A stretch of 64,000 nt of DNA from Octopus vulgaris (taxonomy: Eukaryota), in the NCBI GenBank assembly GCA_951406725.2, contig OX597817.1:101618001-101682000 (forward strand). Direction: 5' to 3'. Position numbers and translations under genes: made by a program. Positions 30,286-44,699 of the stretch are shown one piece after another. How positions within the stretch are numbered: position 1 is the first letter of the stretch; the number at the start of each line of letters is the position of its first letter. The notes beneath the pieces were generated by a model. It was not told the DNA's origin. It saw nothing but the letters and a program-made list of their open reading frames with translations, and made no database searches.

Positions 30286-31010
30286 AATAAATATCAGTGG
30301 CTTAGCATGCGTAAAAAACTCATAACGGTAAAAATTATCAAATAATAATTAAGGGTACAAACAAGCAAAATATAGCTGTCAAAATTACCAAACCACAAAT
30401 TTTAACTAAAACACAAAGGTGAAAGAGGACAAATGAATAAAAATCCTAAAACCCTTAATTATTAATAGATAATCTTTTACCGTTATGGGTTTTTTTACGT
30501 ATGCTAAGCCACTGATATTATTATAAACAATAATATCCTCATACATATTTAAATAATTTTTATTCTCTTCGATCACCATTTAAAAAAAATTTTTTTAAGA
30601 ATCCATGCGATTCTTAGAAGTTGTAGTCTGTTCCTAGCTACATTAGCGACATTAATTTCTTGCATCTTCTTACTCTATAAACATATTTAAGAAAAATTAT
30701 ATTAATGTGTCCTACTTGTTAAAATTCCATTTATTTATTTGTGCAACTTAAAATAGCACTGCATTTAAATTGATGTAATGATTGCATTGTTCAGTTGAAT
30801 GGAGTCGCTTGAAACGGCCGTACTGCATTACTGTTGCATATTTTGATTATATATATATATACATATATATACATGCATAAAGACATACATACATATATAC
30901 ATACACACATACATACGTGCATACATGCATGCATGCATACATACATACATACATACATACATACATACATACATACATACATACATACACACGTGCATGT
31001 ATATGTACAT

Positions 31011-31767
31011 ACGTGGCCTGATCAGCAAGTATCCGGACTGTTGCCATAGTAACGAATCTAAAGTACTTAGAGTGACGCCGCTTAGCACAGATTGATCTTC
31101 AAGTCCGTTGTGCAGGTGCACTAAGTTTTAATGTTCTAGCTCACTTCTCCTGTTTACAGCAGTGCTTCGAAGGAAGGTGCGTGGCGTGTGATCGTCAGAT
31201 TGACCATGGCAGAGAAATTTGTACTGAGAATCTGCATTCAATTTCGCTAAAATCTTCACGATACCTGTTGAGAGGCCTACGCAAAGTTTTCAAAAAGTTT
31301 TCATCATTCTCAACACAATCAAAGAGATCTGATGCAACTGAAGTCCGAGTGTCTTTTTGGTTACCTGAAAGCAATTTCGGTGCAAACTTGGCAGATACGC
31401 GTCTCATAACCAAATCTTCAGTGATAATGGGCTGAACTGAACCGTAACTAATCTGCACATTCTCTGATGACTAACAGATGGTGACTCCACGATTTCCTTG
31501 CACAGCTGCACACACATCTGCTTGCACATCTCCATACACTTTCAGCAACTTTGCGTAGGCCTCTGAGGAGGTATCGTCATAACAATTTACACGCTACACA
31601 CCTTCCTTCTAAGCACTGCTGTAAACAGTGGAAGTGAGGTAGAACGTTAAATTTCAGTGCACATGCACAGCAGAGTTGAAGGTCAATCTGTGCCAAGCGG
31701 CGTCACTCTACGCGCTTTAGATCGTTACTATGGCAACAGTCTGGATACCTATTGATGAGACTTCGTC
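31011..31767 (-). mobile_element. Internally deleted mariner element
   Basis: TIRs gtatccggactgttgccatagtaacga / tcgttactatggcaacagtctggatac; ITEDLVMRRVSAKFAPKLLS. Confidence 0.85.
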
Positions 31768-32349
31768 TATGCATACATATATATGTATATGTATGGATGT
31801 ACGTACGTATGTATGTATATATATATATATATATACATACATATATACATACATGCATGCATACATACATAATACATACATACATACATACATACATACA
31901 TACATACATACATACATACATACATTCATACATACATATCTATGTGTGCGCTCGTTCTCTTTTTAATTTAGAATAAATCGTGACAGGCCACCTACTTGGT
32001 AGGAAAATTGTGAAGAGAAGTATCTCGTTTTAACTGTCATCCTTTAAATCTTAAGTAGGACTTGCAGATTTTTATAGTCCCAGATTTTTATAGTCGTGAT
32101 CATTTGTAGTGTATGAATTAAGGATTTGCATTCTCACCCTGTTGTGACGTGCGTGTACACGTCGGGTGTAAAATAGTATTACCCAAATAACTATTTGGAT
32201 GTGGTTATCTAAAATAACCTATCGCAGAATTATTATTATGTTTACACAGAACGCACTCCGCACTACTCGAACGTAGGTACGATATTAAACCAACACTCAT
32301 CGCACTAACACAGTAACCAATACGGTGGACCAGCACTGTCAATTGCCCC

Positions 32350-33130
32350 TGACATTTCACACAGTTCTTTATTTATTGAAATCCATTAGTCCACTTTCAG
32401 TCACGTAGATATGTTCAGAATCCTCCCACATCACTCCCAAGATCCCAAATTCAGCCATACTTTGCTCTAGACGTGTTGGTATGAATCCTGTCGCTTCAAT
32501 AATAATTGTCATGAAGCTGAAGGTGTATCTTAATACTAGATTTGCAAACTCCGTATCAATGGTTTGGGTTTACGTTCCAAGTACTTATGTCCTATTTTCT
32601 CAGTAAACTGGTCCACCTCTTTTAATTGTTTTTTCTGATAAACTGATTTTACAAAGGCTCCTTGTGGGGAGATCTGTATCAGCTTTTATTTCATACTTTT
32701 CCTTAGTTTTATTAGCTATCCTAATTATGTCATTGATTTCATGGTCACAAACTTTGGCCAGGTAGTTACTGCAGATGTTGTTTCAGTGTCACTATACGTG
32801 CATTATATGACATCAATACATATTTGAAACCACGGTCAGCATCCTTGCGTGAGAAATATAGCATGTCTACATTTCCACTGGTGTTGAGGTTTCCTGTAAC
32901 AATGAGCAGCTTGCGAATTCAAGTATCTATCTCACTGAGTTCTTGTAGTTCAGAAGGCCAAACGAACGCGTGAGGACGGGCACTTAAAAGGTGTTTTGGG
33001 CAGTATGCCTGGTGTAAGCTGAGAGCTCTGATGACCATATTCTCTTTGCTCTCCTGCAGTATCCATTATTGATCCTCTCATTTTGTCCAAGGTTCCTATA
33101 ATTTTATCATCTGACTGACTGCAGAGGTTG
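32350..33130 (-). mobile_element. Old RLE-type (Dong/R4-like) LINE remnant
   Basis: Minus-strand translation YCRRAKRIWSSELSAYTRHTAQNTF resembles YYRRVRSILKTEL..NKIIGINTL of the younger copies. Confidence 0.55.
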
Positions 33131-33786
33131 TATAGTCAAGCCGTTCATTTTAGGTTTTCACAGGAGGGTACAACTTTGCCACCTTTTAGTGATAAAAATA
33201 TACATTTGAACTCACCAAATTTCCTTTCAATGTCTGGAGAAAATCGGGTTATGAGGTCCAATTGTTGTTTTATGTAGTCGATATTTGGCCCATACAGTTG
33301 CAGATCGTCGACAAAGGATAGCGAGATACTTCTGCGTTAGTATGTTTTGCATGTATGTATGTATGTATGTATGTATGTATGTATGTATGTATGTATGTAT
33401 GTATGTATGTATGTATGCTTGCATGTATGCATGCATGTATGCATGTACGTATGTATCTATTTCTATGGTCACTATATTTTGTGTGGGGGTATGTGTGTGT
33501 GTGTGCATGTGTGTGTGTATATATGTATGTATGTACGTATGTATGTATTGGCAAGATCCTATGCCTTCTGTAAGGACGGAAAATATGTTTATCTTGCATA
33601 CAAATGTGTTTGTTTTATTTAAATATGCTGATTATGCTAATAAGATAACGTTAATCACATATGATAATTTCAATTGAGCACTCTTGAGAAAACAAGCTTC
33701 TTTGCTCAATATTTACTTTATTAGTACACAAATTCAAAAATGCAAACTAACGTAGACAATATTGTGACGACATAGTCTTTGTACTA

Positions 33787-33900
<114 letters not shown>

Positions 33901-34039
33901 ATTATTATTACTATTATTATTATTACTTATATACATTTTTTAATATTATGTTTCCATTGAATATTTTGTTCCAGATGAAATTCCCTTGGTTGTACCTAAT
34001 TGCTACACAGGGTTTTAAATCATTTTGATTCCTATTTCT

Positions 34040-34136
34040 ACGGAGTGCCATGTATAGTAGCCTGAAAGATCACAGTCGCCAGCATACAGAAATTTGCGTA
34101 TTTGTGATATGAACATCTCTCTCTCTCTTTCTCTCT

Positions 34137-34174
<38 letters not shown>

Positions 34175-35960
34175 CAGCAAACCGTCTTATATTCAACATC
34201 CTACCCGGTGCTTGGTATGTGAGGTAAACTCTGTGCAAGCAACTCTTAGAAGCCACCAAGAAAACTATAGCAAAGTACAATGCAAATAGAGTAAGTGTTG
34301 GTATATTTCCTTGCTTGACACTATTTTTAACCAAGATAGGATCACAGAGCTTACCATCCACATTATCACATGCTTTTATTCCATCATTGAAAGCTTTAAG
34401 ATCTTTTGATAAACTTTTCAGCACACCCAAGTTCCCTCAAAATGTTCCATAAAATGTTTCCAACCACAACAAAAGCCTTAGCCAGATCAACGAAGACTTG
34501 ATACGGGTTTATCTTCTTCTCAATGTATTTTCCTGAAATTAATTATCTAACAGAAATGGTCATATCCATTGTCACCCAGCTATTTATAAGAACACGCAGA
34601 GACTTAGGGAGGGCCTCATGGGGCCTCTGCTTACACGAGAGAGAAGAGATATCCCACAGTAATTCCCCCAGTCATCCTTCCTACCTTTCCATTTATAGAG
34701 AATCATCTTTCCAATCACTTGTGACACTCTCTTCAATCCAGACCTTTTGCATTGAATTAGACTGATATTAGACCGTATTTCAAGATTTCAGCATAGAAGC
34801 CATCCATTCTTGGTGGCTTCCCAATATTTAAGTTTTTTACTGCATTTTAAAATTCTTCAAAGAAAGGAGCTTCTCCCATATGGTCTTCAGGGGACATACA
34901 TGGAATCAACCAACAAACTGACTCACCAACCTGACAAGGTCTATTTCGTTAGTGTTATCTCCACCTCACAAGAATACCTTCGGGATCGCTCTACAATTCT
35001 TTGCGATCCAGAGCACACAGAGGAACAACAGGAGAGGAAGAGCCCATACAATTCCCGTAAGAAGTTATACAGAATCATTGTATTGATAGAATCAGATACA
35101 GATTGGATCCGATCATTTTCATTACTCCAACAAGTATCTTGTATGTAACAAATCCTGTGCTGTACCTTACAGCTTCATGTGCTTGTACAAGATTTCATTA
35201 TGTTTTCCAGGTTTTCCACTAAGGGCTTGCATTAACACTACAGCTTTTACATTTAATAGTCTCTGAAATTCATTGCTTTCATCAAACTGGTCTCAATATT
35301 TTTCGATAAACATTGTCTTTACTAAAGCCATACACGGATGTTTTGAACTTTTCCTACGGGTTATTGAATTGAATGTCGACCATTCTCTTCACCAACTCTT
35401 CCTTAATTGCATAATCTTTCAGACTCTTCATATCTAATTTCTTTGAAATTGTCGCATCACTGACTCTTCGGTTTTACAATAAACTTCACCTTTGCGTGAA
35501 CAAGAGGATGGCCAGGCCATCAATTAGCTCCGTGCATAACATGGACATTACATATATTACGAACATCGCATCTACGAACAAGAACAAAATTAATCATATG
35601 CCACTGCTTCGACTCAGGATGCAATTGGGTTATCTTGTATTTACATTTCTGCTGAAATATGGTGTTTGTTATGAACAAATTCAGGTATTAGGTCATCATT
35701 AAATCCACATAGAAGCTCTTCCAGCTTGGAAACTATGAAATGATTTTCTGCAAATGCCACACCAGCCTTCCTTTTGCACCAGTCTGCTCTCCCACTTTAA
35801 TAAAATGTGTAGCCAGCAGATTATTCTCTGAAGTGACCCTCTTCGAAAAGACTCATTTCAGGCAAAGCCGTCACATTTATGATATATCCCTGTAGCCCCT
35901 TTGTTAGAAGCACTGATCTTTTCGAAGCAATAACAAGGTGACAACCGAACCCAGGCAACG
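34040..35960 (-). mobile_element. Old RTE-clade LINE remnant
   Basis: VKQGNIPTLTLFALYF, a YQVFVDLAKAF-like segment near 34480, and an APE-like N-terminus near 35800-35900. Confidence 0.7.
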
Positions 35961-36377
35961 GTACCCTGGGACACCTGCCGAACCAAACACTTTCACTACC
36001 CGTTCCAGAACCTCTGTTGCCTTTATTCTGTAAATTATTGTCATTTTATGTTGTTTCGCTTTTTTTACTACAGCCAGACTATGCAACACATAGTAGAAAT
36101 GTTAATAGAAATGTTAAGAAATCAAGCGGTGTGTGTGTTTGACATTTTTAAAGTGAGGAAATGTGTTATAGAGGGGCAATTCCATATTCTGAAGAACGTG
36201 TGCATTTATCCAAAAAGAAGAACTACGTCATTGGATGCAAACAACCTGATAAGTGTTACATTAGTTTTCGTTCTTTTATACAGATGTCTAAACAAGGACT
36301 AGGGTGTCTCTCGTTTCCAGTGGACTATCATTCAGGTTTATTCCTTGATCCTTGATTCCTTGATGCGTAAATATATA

Positions 36378-37896
36378 TAGTCATGGCCAATGATTTTGGC
36401 AAACACCGTTTTTTTCTGCTATTTCATGTGAAATATCGTGTGAATATTAATGATTTAATATTATTTTCGCAGGTTATCTTTTATCCAGCAAGATTTGAAA
36501 GAAAAGCTGTTGAAAAACCAATAGTTCTGCAAATAATCATCAGTTTGCGGAATTGGTTATATTTCGTACAAGTGGAAATCAAGTTGGAATCGCATGCAAA
36601 CGCGAGATAATAACCAAAACAGTTAAGTAAAGTATAATGTCATATTGTCATCAGCCTTTTATAATTGAATTTTAATTAATGAGTGATCTTTTTCCTCACA
36701 AAAACTTAAAATTTTATTTTCTTTTACTGCAAGAATGGTGTTGGCACAAGAAAAAAGGTCAGTCAATAATTTCTTTCCACCAAAATGGCCTAACAACACA
36801 GGATATTGTTGATAAAGGCATTGCACCAGAAAGAACTGTGTACAGGATTATAAAACTTTTCAAAGAGACAGGATCCATGACGGGGAATAAGGTCTCTGCT
36901 CGCCAACGTCTGTCCTCTGACCGCCAAGACAGGGCTTTGGTGAGAAATTCATTGAGGAATCGAAGTGCCGGCAGCAAACAGCTTCCTAAAGAATGAGAAT
37001 CAGCCGGTGTCAGGGCTTCAGCTCGGACTTTTAGACGACAATTTCTTAACAATGGTCTCGCTTCACGGAGTGTTGCAAAGAAACATTTTTTGTCCATTAG
37101 AAACGTAAAGGACAGGCTTGCCTTCAGCAGAAAATATAAAAATTGGTCTATTGAACAATGGGACAAAGTGATTTTTCTGATGAAGCACCATCTCGATTGT
37201 TTAGGATATCTGGAAAAAGGCTCGTCATAAGGCGACAAGCTGAACGCTATGCGGCCTATATCGTGTTCATGATCAAGCATCCAGAAACCATTCATGTGTC
37301 GGGTTGCTTTTCATCCAAGGGCGTTGAATCACTGTCAGTTTTGCCGAAAAATATTTCTGTGAATTCCATATGGTACCAAAATATTCTTGAAAACCATCTC
37401 CTTTCAACCATTGAGAAACTTGCATTTTCCAACAAGGTGGAGCACCTTGCCACGCTGCTAAGAAGATTAAAAACTATCTTGGAGATAAAGGTACCGAAAT
37501 TTTGGAGTCTTGGCCGGGAAATTCTCCAGATATAAATCCTACTGAAAATTTGTGGTCTATCCTTAAAATGCAAGTTGACAGAGAGAATCCAATAAATATT
37601 GCATAGTTGAAAGCTCGCGTACAGCAAGAATGCAGGTCTGTAAACATAGAACTGACTCAATCATTAGTTTCCAGCATGGGCGTCTCGAAACATAGGGGTC
37701 GCCACTGCAAATAGTGAGAGGAAGATGAATAACCGCGTATCACACCTTATTATTGTTCATATGGTTCAAGTGTGATATTATTCTTCGTTAATATCCTCGT
37801 ATGCGCTCAAACAAACCAGGTTTTGCCTTAGATAGGCATATTTATATATATTTTGGTTCAAAATAACTCTTTTGTCAAAATCATTGGCCACGACTG
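36378..37896 (+). mobile_element. Tc1-like transposon (DD34E-type), full length, frameshifted
   Basis: TIRs tagtcatggccaatgattttggcaaa / tttgtcaaaatcattggccacgactg, TA TSD; WDKVIFSDEA, GCFSSKG, WPGNSPDINPTENLWS. Confidence 0.9.
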
Positions 37897-38021
37897 TAGA
37901 CATTTCTTGTTGAATGGCCGCTAACTCTACTGATTTATCTGCCCTTTCTCCACCTTTTTACGTGTATATGTGTGTGTTCGTGTATGTGAGTCTGTCTGTC
38001 TGGTTGTGCATGTATATATAT

Positions 38022-38550
38022 ACTAGCCTTGAAGCAGCCCTTCGGTCTGCATCCACGTTGGCTCCTGCTGAGGGTACCTTTGAGGCCTTCGGCCACATAT
38101 CGAGCCGCTTCGTGGCCCTCTATCCTTGTTTAATGAAGCGTATTTCTGAAACTGTGCTAAGCACTGATGCTGATCATAGTTTAGTCAATAAGCGTAGGAG
38201 CGAGATAAATGCAGTAAAAATAGAGGGATCAGGATCAGTCGGGCCCCATTTAAACGCCCCTTCAGAAATTGAACCTCCTTACGATACTCCCTGGGAGTTC
38301 ATGGTATGAAATTCATTGTCATTGCTTCAATTTGGTCGCCAATGCCAATTTAGTTTAAAATGCAGTAAAGATAGTGGGGTCAGTGGGACTCCAATTTGGG
38401 CGGGCCCTAAAAAATAGACTCTGTTCGAACATTCCCTGGGATTAGGGCAGTTGCTGGTTTGAGTTTCGTTGTCCTTCCACCAACGGTCTTGGAGGAGTTA
38501 ACGAACATAAAAACGTAACGGACAGAGAAACATGACTCAAATTTATATAT
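38022..38550 (-). mobile_element. Non-autonomous Helitron-like element
   Basis: CTAG terminus next to a GC hairpin (gcagcccttcggtctgc) at the left end; AT-rich end at the right. Confidence 0.5.
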
Positions 38551-38889
38551 ATATATATATATATATCGTCAAATTTAGAATTAAATAATTAATGTTTAGA
38601 AAGTAGGCGATAAATGCAGTATCCAGACCTTGTTTCAGGGTAAGTCCCAGGTAGTGTGCCTGCATCGCATGTTCAGCACTTATGGCTACCAGGCGTCATC
38701 AGCAACACTGTGTGTTCGTCGTTGGATGTTATCCGCAAATCCGAGGTGCACGTATAGCCTATTTTAAAAGAATGATACGGAAGACGGAGTGTAACTAGAA
38801 TCATTTATTAGTACAGTGCAGAATGAAGCTGAAACGATTATTGTGCTAATACATGCTCTAGTTACACTCCGTTTACGGTATTAGTCTTT

Positions 38890-41370
38890 ATATATATATA
38901 TCAAAGTGAAGTTGTAAGGTACCGCAGAAGTGGAAATATATATGAAAGAAGGTTTGAAAATGCAATTTTAAAGATGTTTATTGACTTGACCGGTTTCCCT
39001 TTTTTAGAAAAAGATTGTCAAAAGTAAAATGTAAAGCTTTGTATAAGCTTTGTTGTGTTAAGTACTGGTTATCACAAAAGTTTTTTTAAAAAAAAACAGA
39101 AATACATTCTTTGATAATAATAAGAAAATGTTAAAAACAGTTTACAAGAAAGTATTTGAGAAAGTAATCAGAATGGGACTCCAAAACGTAGACTTCAATA
39201 AAAATTATGTTTGTTTGGTAGTATATATATACACAGAAGGAGATATAATTAAGATTTTACAAAAAATTGTAGAAGAATAACTGACCTTTCTGACATTTTC
39301 TCTAAGGAATGTTTGGGAATGTTTGCTATCTCAAGGGACAGTGTGGAAGGTTCGTTGGGGGAAGGCGGAGCAATGTGGAATTAAAGGGATTTTTTTGTTT
39401 CTGGGCTAGTCTGTCACGGTTCAGTGGTTTGGGGACTGGCCTTAGAAGTCAGAATGGTGTGAGTGTGTGTGTGTCTCTATGCAAGTCTTTACGTGTGTGT
39501 ATATATATATATACATTTGCTTGTGTTTTATATTTGGTAGGATGGTGTGAGTATATGTGTGCACGTTTGTGTGTGTGTATGTATGTATGTGATTAGTATT
39601 TGTTAGAGTGTTGAGTGTACGCATATGTGTGGATGTATTTGTTCGCGTGTGTGTATGTGTGCGTCTGTATGTGCGTGTGTATGTTTGTGCGTTTTGCCTT
39701 GTGTGGGGATTTTATGCGTGCGTACATGAGTGTGTGTGTGTCTCTGTCTGAGTATGTATGTGTTGTTATAATTGTCCTGGTGGTGTGTGTGTATATGTGT
39801 GAATAGTATTTGTCTGGGTGTTGTGCGTGCGTATATGTGTATGTGTTTGTTCGCGTGTGTGTATGAGTGCATCTGTGTGTGCGCGTGTGTATGTTTGTGT
39901 TTTGTGTCGGTGGGGATGTTATGTGTGTGTACATGAGTGTGTGTGTACGTGTGTGTCAGTGTACGTGAGTGTGTGTGTGTGTGTCTGTCTGTCTGAGTAT
40001 GATTGTGCTGTTGTAATTGTCCTGGTGGTGTGTGTATGAGCTACCGTATGTGTGTGTGGGTTCAAATGTATGTGTGTGGGGGTATGTATGGGTGTGTATG
40101 TGTGTGTGATGTTTTGTATTTATCAGGGGTTCTGTGTGTGTATCCGTATGTGTTGGGTTTATCCGGGTAGTGTGTATGTGTGCGTGTACGTTCTGTGCAT
40201 GTTGGTACTGGGTATGCCTTTGTGTGTGTGTGTGTAAATATGTGGGTATGGTTTATGTAGTTTTCCGGGTGTGTGTACATGTGTGTGTGCTGTATTTGTG
40301 AGTGATTTGTTTTGTTTGTATTGTTAATGCAGTGTGAGTGTGTCTATGTGTGTTGTATTTGCCGAGGAGGTGTGTGTCATTGTATATGTGCATGCTTTTG
40401 TGTGTGTGCACGTCTGTGTGTTTGTGAGTGTTTGTTGAGATTGTTGGGATTGTATTGTGTGTATATGTGTGTTTTTTTCTTTTTGAATGCGTGTGTGTGG
40501 TTTTTTACTGGAGAACGGGTGTATTGGGGGTTGTATTGTATTTGCGTGTTTGTGTATGTATCTGTGTATGTGTGGGTGTGTTTGTGTGAATGTGATTTGA
40601 GATTGTCAGGGTGGTGTGTGTAGGTGTGGGCATGTTCGTGTTTACGTATGTGTGTATGTGTGTGTGAGTGTTGGTTATGGTTGCTAGAATCGTATTGCAA
40701 GCGTATATATGTATGCGTTTTTTCTTGGAATGTGTGTGGGTTTGTGCTCTATTGTGAGGATATTGTGTTTGTACTATTTTATATACCCTAAGTGTGTTTC
40801 GGTTTTCGTAAGTCTTGGGTAGCAATTGCCTTCGCCCGTTCTATTCCATTGTCAACTAATGATGCTGGGTAATGTCTTTCGAGAAGAATTGCCTTTAGTT
40901 CTTGGAGTTTTTTTTATTTCGTGTTCACAAGCACGTGTATATATACACACACACATAGAGACGTGCACAGAAACACACTCACTTACACCATTCTGACCTC
41001 TAAGATCAGTCCCAAAAACCACTAAACCATGACAGACTAGCCCAGAAACAGTAAAAATCCCTTTAATTCCACATTACTCTGCCTTCCACCCCCACCTCCT
41101 CCAACCAACCTCCCACACTGTTCCTTAAGATAGCAAACATTCCCAAACATTCCTTAGCTACACACAAGAGAAAATGTCAGAAAGGTCAGTTATTCTTCAA
41201 AAATTTTTTGTAAATTCTGAAATATATCTCCTTATGCTTATATATATACAATCAAACATAATTTTTATTGAACTCTACGTTTTGGAGTCCCATTCTGATT
41301 ACTTTCTCAAATACTTTCTTATAAACAGTTTTTAATATTTTCTTATTATCATACATACACACATACCTTC

Positions 41371-41375
<5 letters not shown>
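38890..41375 (-). mobile_element. Penelope-like element with inverted 5' pLTR
   Basis: About 39112-39520 is inverted at about 40935-41351. Minus-strand LQELKAILLERHYPASLVDNGIERAK (about 40800-40910) resembles the PLE RT C-terminal helix; degenerate GAAACCGGTC motif near 38990. Confidence 0.7.
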
Positions 41376-41428
<53 letters not shown>

Positions 41429-41944
41429 GTGTGCGTGTGTGTGTGTGTGTGCGCGTATGTGTGTGTGCGTGTGTGTGTGTGTGCGCGTGTGTGTATGTGT
41501 GTGTATGTATGTATGTATGTATGTATGTATGTATGTATGTATATATATATATATATATAGGCATGTGAAGACGCACGGCTTTGTGGTTAAAGTGCTGCAC
41601 TTACGATTGCGAGATCGTGGGTTCGATTCCCAAACCAGGCGTTGCGTTGTGTTCATGAGCAAAGTACTTCATTTCACGTTGCTCTGCGATCATTTCGACA
41701 TCTAACATGTGGCACCCATTGCACCTGTACAGGTGATGTCGATCTGATGGAGAGAGTGAGCTTATGTCTGCACAAACATTTGACTATTATAAACAATCTT
41801 CTGTGTGGTTGTTCGGTAAGAAATTATCGAACCCTTATAAATCGTCTAACGACGGGAGAGTTCATCATATTCATATGCATATATACGTACATACATGTGC
41901 GTGTGTGTGTGGGTGGGTGTGTGTGTGTGTGTTAAATGTGTGTT

Positions 41945-42798
41945 CAGGGTGCGGTGAATATATTGTCGTCTGAATTACGCACAAATGAAAATAACACTGA
42001 CATTTTTTAACAGATATATTTACTAAAGTTACAATACTAAAGAGTAAATGTATTCAATAAAATCGCCATTAGCTTCAGCCGCAGCCTTCAGACGACCTCG
42101 GAATCTCTTGCAACTCTCCTGGACGGTCTCCTTGTTTAAGTTGGTGAATGCTGCCATAATCCTTGCCTTCAATTCATCTTTGGTGTTACAAGGAGATTTG
42201 TTGGTCTTTCGCTCAACTGCACCCTACACATAGTAATCAAGGGGGTTACAGTCTGGAGAGTTAAGTAACCAGGTGTTAGGGGTGATGTGGTCACAAAAAT
42301 TGTCAGACAGCCATGACTGGGTTATACTGCTTGTGTGACATGGTGCAGAGTCTTGTTGCCAGACATAGGGTCTTCCAGCAGCCACCCTCTTGACCCAGGG
42401 CAGCACTACCTCCTCCAGGCACTTGATGTAGGCCACCGTGTTGAGTGTGGGGCCGTGTGGGAAGATGACTGGAAGTATAACGTCGCCATCACTAGTGATC
42501 ATTCCATGATGTTGGATGTTTGATTTTTATCATTCTCGGTACATGTTTTAGGGACACGACAAGCCAACGGTCATTCTGTGTGCTCATCTGATTGTATTGG
42601 AACTCCTGGTGCGACTGCCAAGCAGTACAGCATTTCGTTTCCAAATTTCTCGCAAAGTGAATTGTGTCATGATACTTTTGCTCACAGACGGTGCCAAACT
42701 GACCCTACTATAATGTGTAGTCAACAAAATCGAAAACAAACAACGCACATACCTTAAACTAAAAATATAGAATGGCGACAATTTACCCATCGACCCTG
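41945..42798 (-). mobile_element. Tc1/mariner DD37D (maT) element, internally deleted
   Basis: TIRs cagggtgcggtgaatatattgtcg / cgacaatttacccatcgaccctg; QQD-(37 aa)-D ending SPDCNPLD. Confidence 0.85.
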
Positions 42799-44311
42799 TG
42801 TGTATGTATGTATGTATGTATGTATGTATGTATGTATGTATGTATGTATGTATGTATGTATGTATGTATGTATGTACGTACGTATGTATGTATGTAGATG
42901 GATCAATTCATTTCAGAAATCGAGCTAATCCTCTGAAAATTATATTAAATTTTTTGAATCCACAGATAGTTAACTTATCAGTAGTTGACACGTTATTAAA
43001 GTATCCTAATACCCTAATACCATGTTATAGAGGAAACATTCTTCTTTTGTGAAAATCTGAGAATAAGTACAAACGAAGTTATAAATTCTGTGTGAACTTA
43101 CAGAGCACACGGAAAGAGCATGTGGAATGCTTGAAATAAATCTGGTTTATCTGCACAGATGAAAATGGGATTTCAGACTTTTTGCATCATAAACATTCTC
43201 TCTAAATTTAAGGATTTGATGCGTGTGTGAAGATTACCAGCAGCACCATAGAGTATGATTTCAACGATTGCTTCTTTAAAACATTTTAAGATCTGGGAAG
43301 TGTGCATTCGTTTTTTTTTTCCACACTAAAGTTCATTGGTTGTCATAAAGAAAACTTCTAGGTCGCCTCTTTGAACTACAGGGAGAAATTAAGGGGTTTT
43401 TTTCTGGAGAGGTGTGACTGTGATCGAGCTGTGTAATTGAAATCACAGGAATTCACCTAAATATTAATTTACGTGGCTGATATTTTCTCTTTATATTAAT
43501 GCCCTGATTATTCCTCTTTAAAAAAAGGTTAAAGTAAAGGCTTAAGAAAGTTGAATAGCTTTAAAGAAAATTTATCTGTTTGGTGTCGAAGAATAGAAAG
43601 AGAGGGGCCCGTGCTCGTTGCTTTGTTCCTGTTGCCAGAAGGATGCCGTACTCGTGGCCGATTGACGCTGCTGGATCTATAACTCCTACAAAGTATATGA
43701 CTCATTTGGAAATGATGTCAAAACTGTTTGACGGATTTTTAGTGCTGACAACCTGGAGATTTCAGCAAAATTTATTATGAACCCATATATCTACTATTTG
43801 GAGAAAATGTCAGATAATGATGAACTGAAGAAAGAGCTTATTTACTTGCAAAAAGTCAAGCTCTTGATTTCCAACATTGGATATATTTCCAAGATTTTAT
43901 GTCTTCATTTTATTTGTCATAACGTAACTTGTATGAATCTGGATTCAGTTCTCTCTTGTCAATCAAAATAAAAATCTAGGAATCGTCAGAAACCTCGAGT
44001 AGATCGCAAGAATACTCCACATATCAACCAAATCTTGAATACGAAGCAGAAACAAACTAATCACAGGAGCAAAGAAGTCATGTTCCCAATCTAGGCTGAC
44101 TTCACTTTTATCTTTTATCTTTTACCTGCTTCAGTTATACTGCGGCCATGCTTGGAGAATTTTTATTCGAACGGATCGACCCTAGTACTTATTATTTCAA
44201 GCTTGGCACTTATTGTAGTGGTCTCTTTTGCCAACCCGCTAAGTTATGGACACGTAAACACATCAACACCGGTTATCAAGTGTGGTGGTGGGGAACAATC
44301 ATAGATACACA

Positions 44312-44343
<32 letters not shown>

Positions 44344-44699
44344 TACAAACACACACATACAAACACACACATACAAACACACACAGGCACACAGGTATAT
44401 ATATATATACATATGTAAAAAATGGAGATAATTCATTTATCAGACTGCAAATATGTACGTTGAAAATATAGAACTCTGAAACATCGATGAATGTAGTCGA
44501 TAATACCGCCTACAGTACTTAACTGATAATTTATTTTAGCGACCTCGGAAAAATGAAAGACGAAGTCGAACCCGGTAGTTTGGGGGCTCCGATATATTGA
44601 TTATATTAAAATACAAAAAAAAAAAGTAAATACAAATAAATACTTATATATTAAGGAGAATTTTTCCTCGTTGTACAACTCGCTTTCTAGCTGTAACTA

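Noticed and set aside
43580-43971. Short plus-strand ORFs in unique-looking sequence
   Set aside because: No recognisable domain or consistent splice signals.
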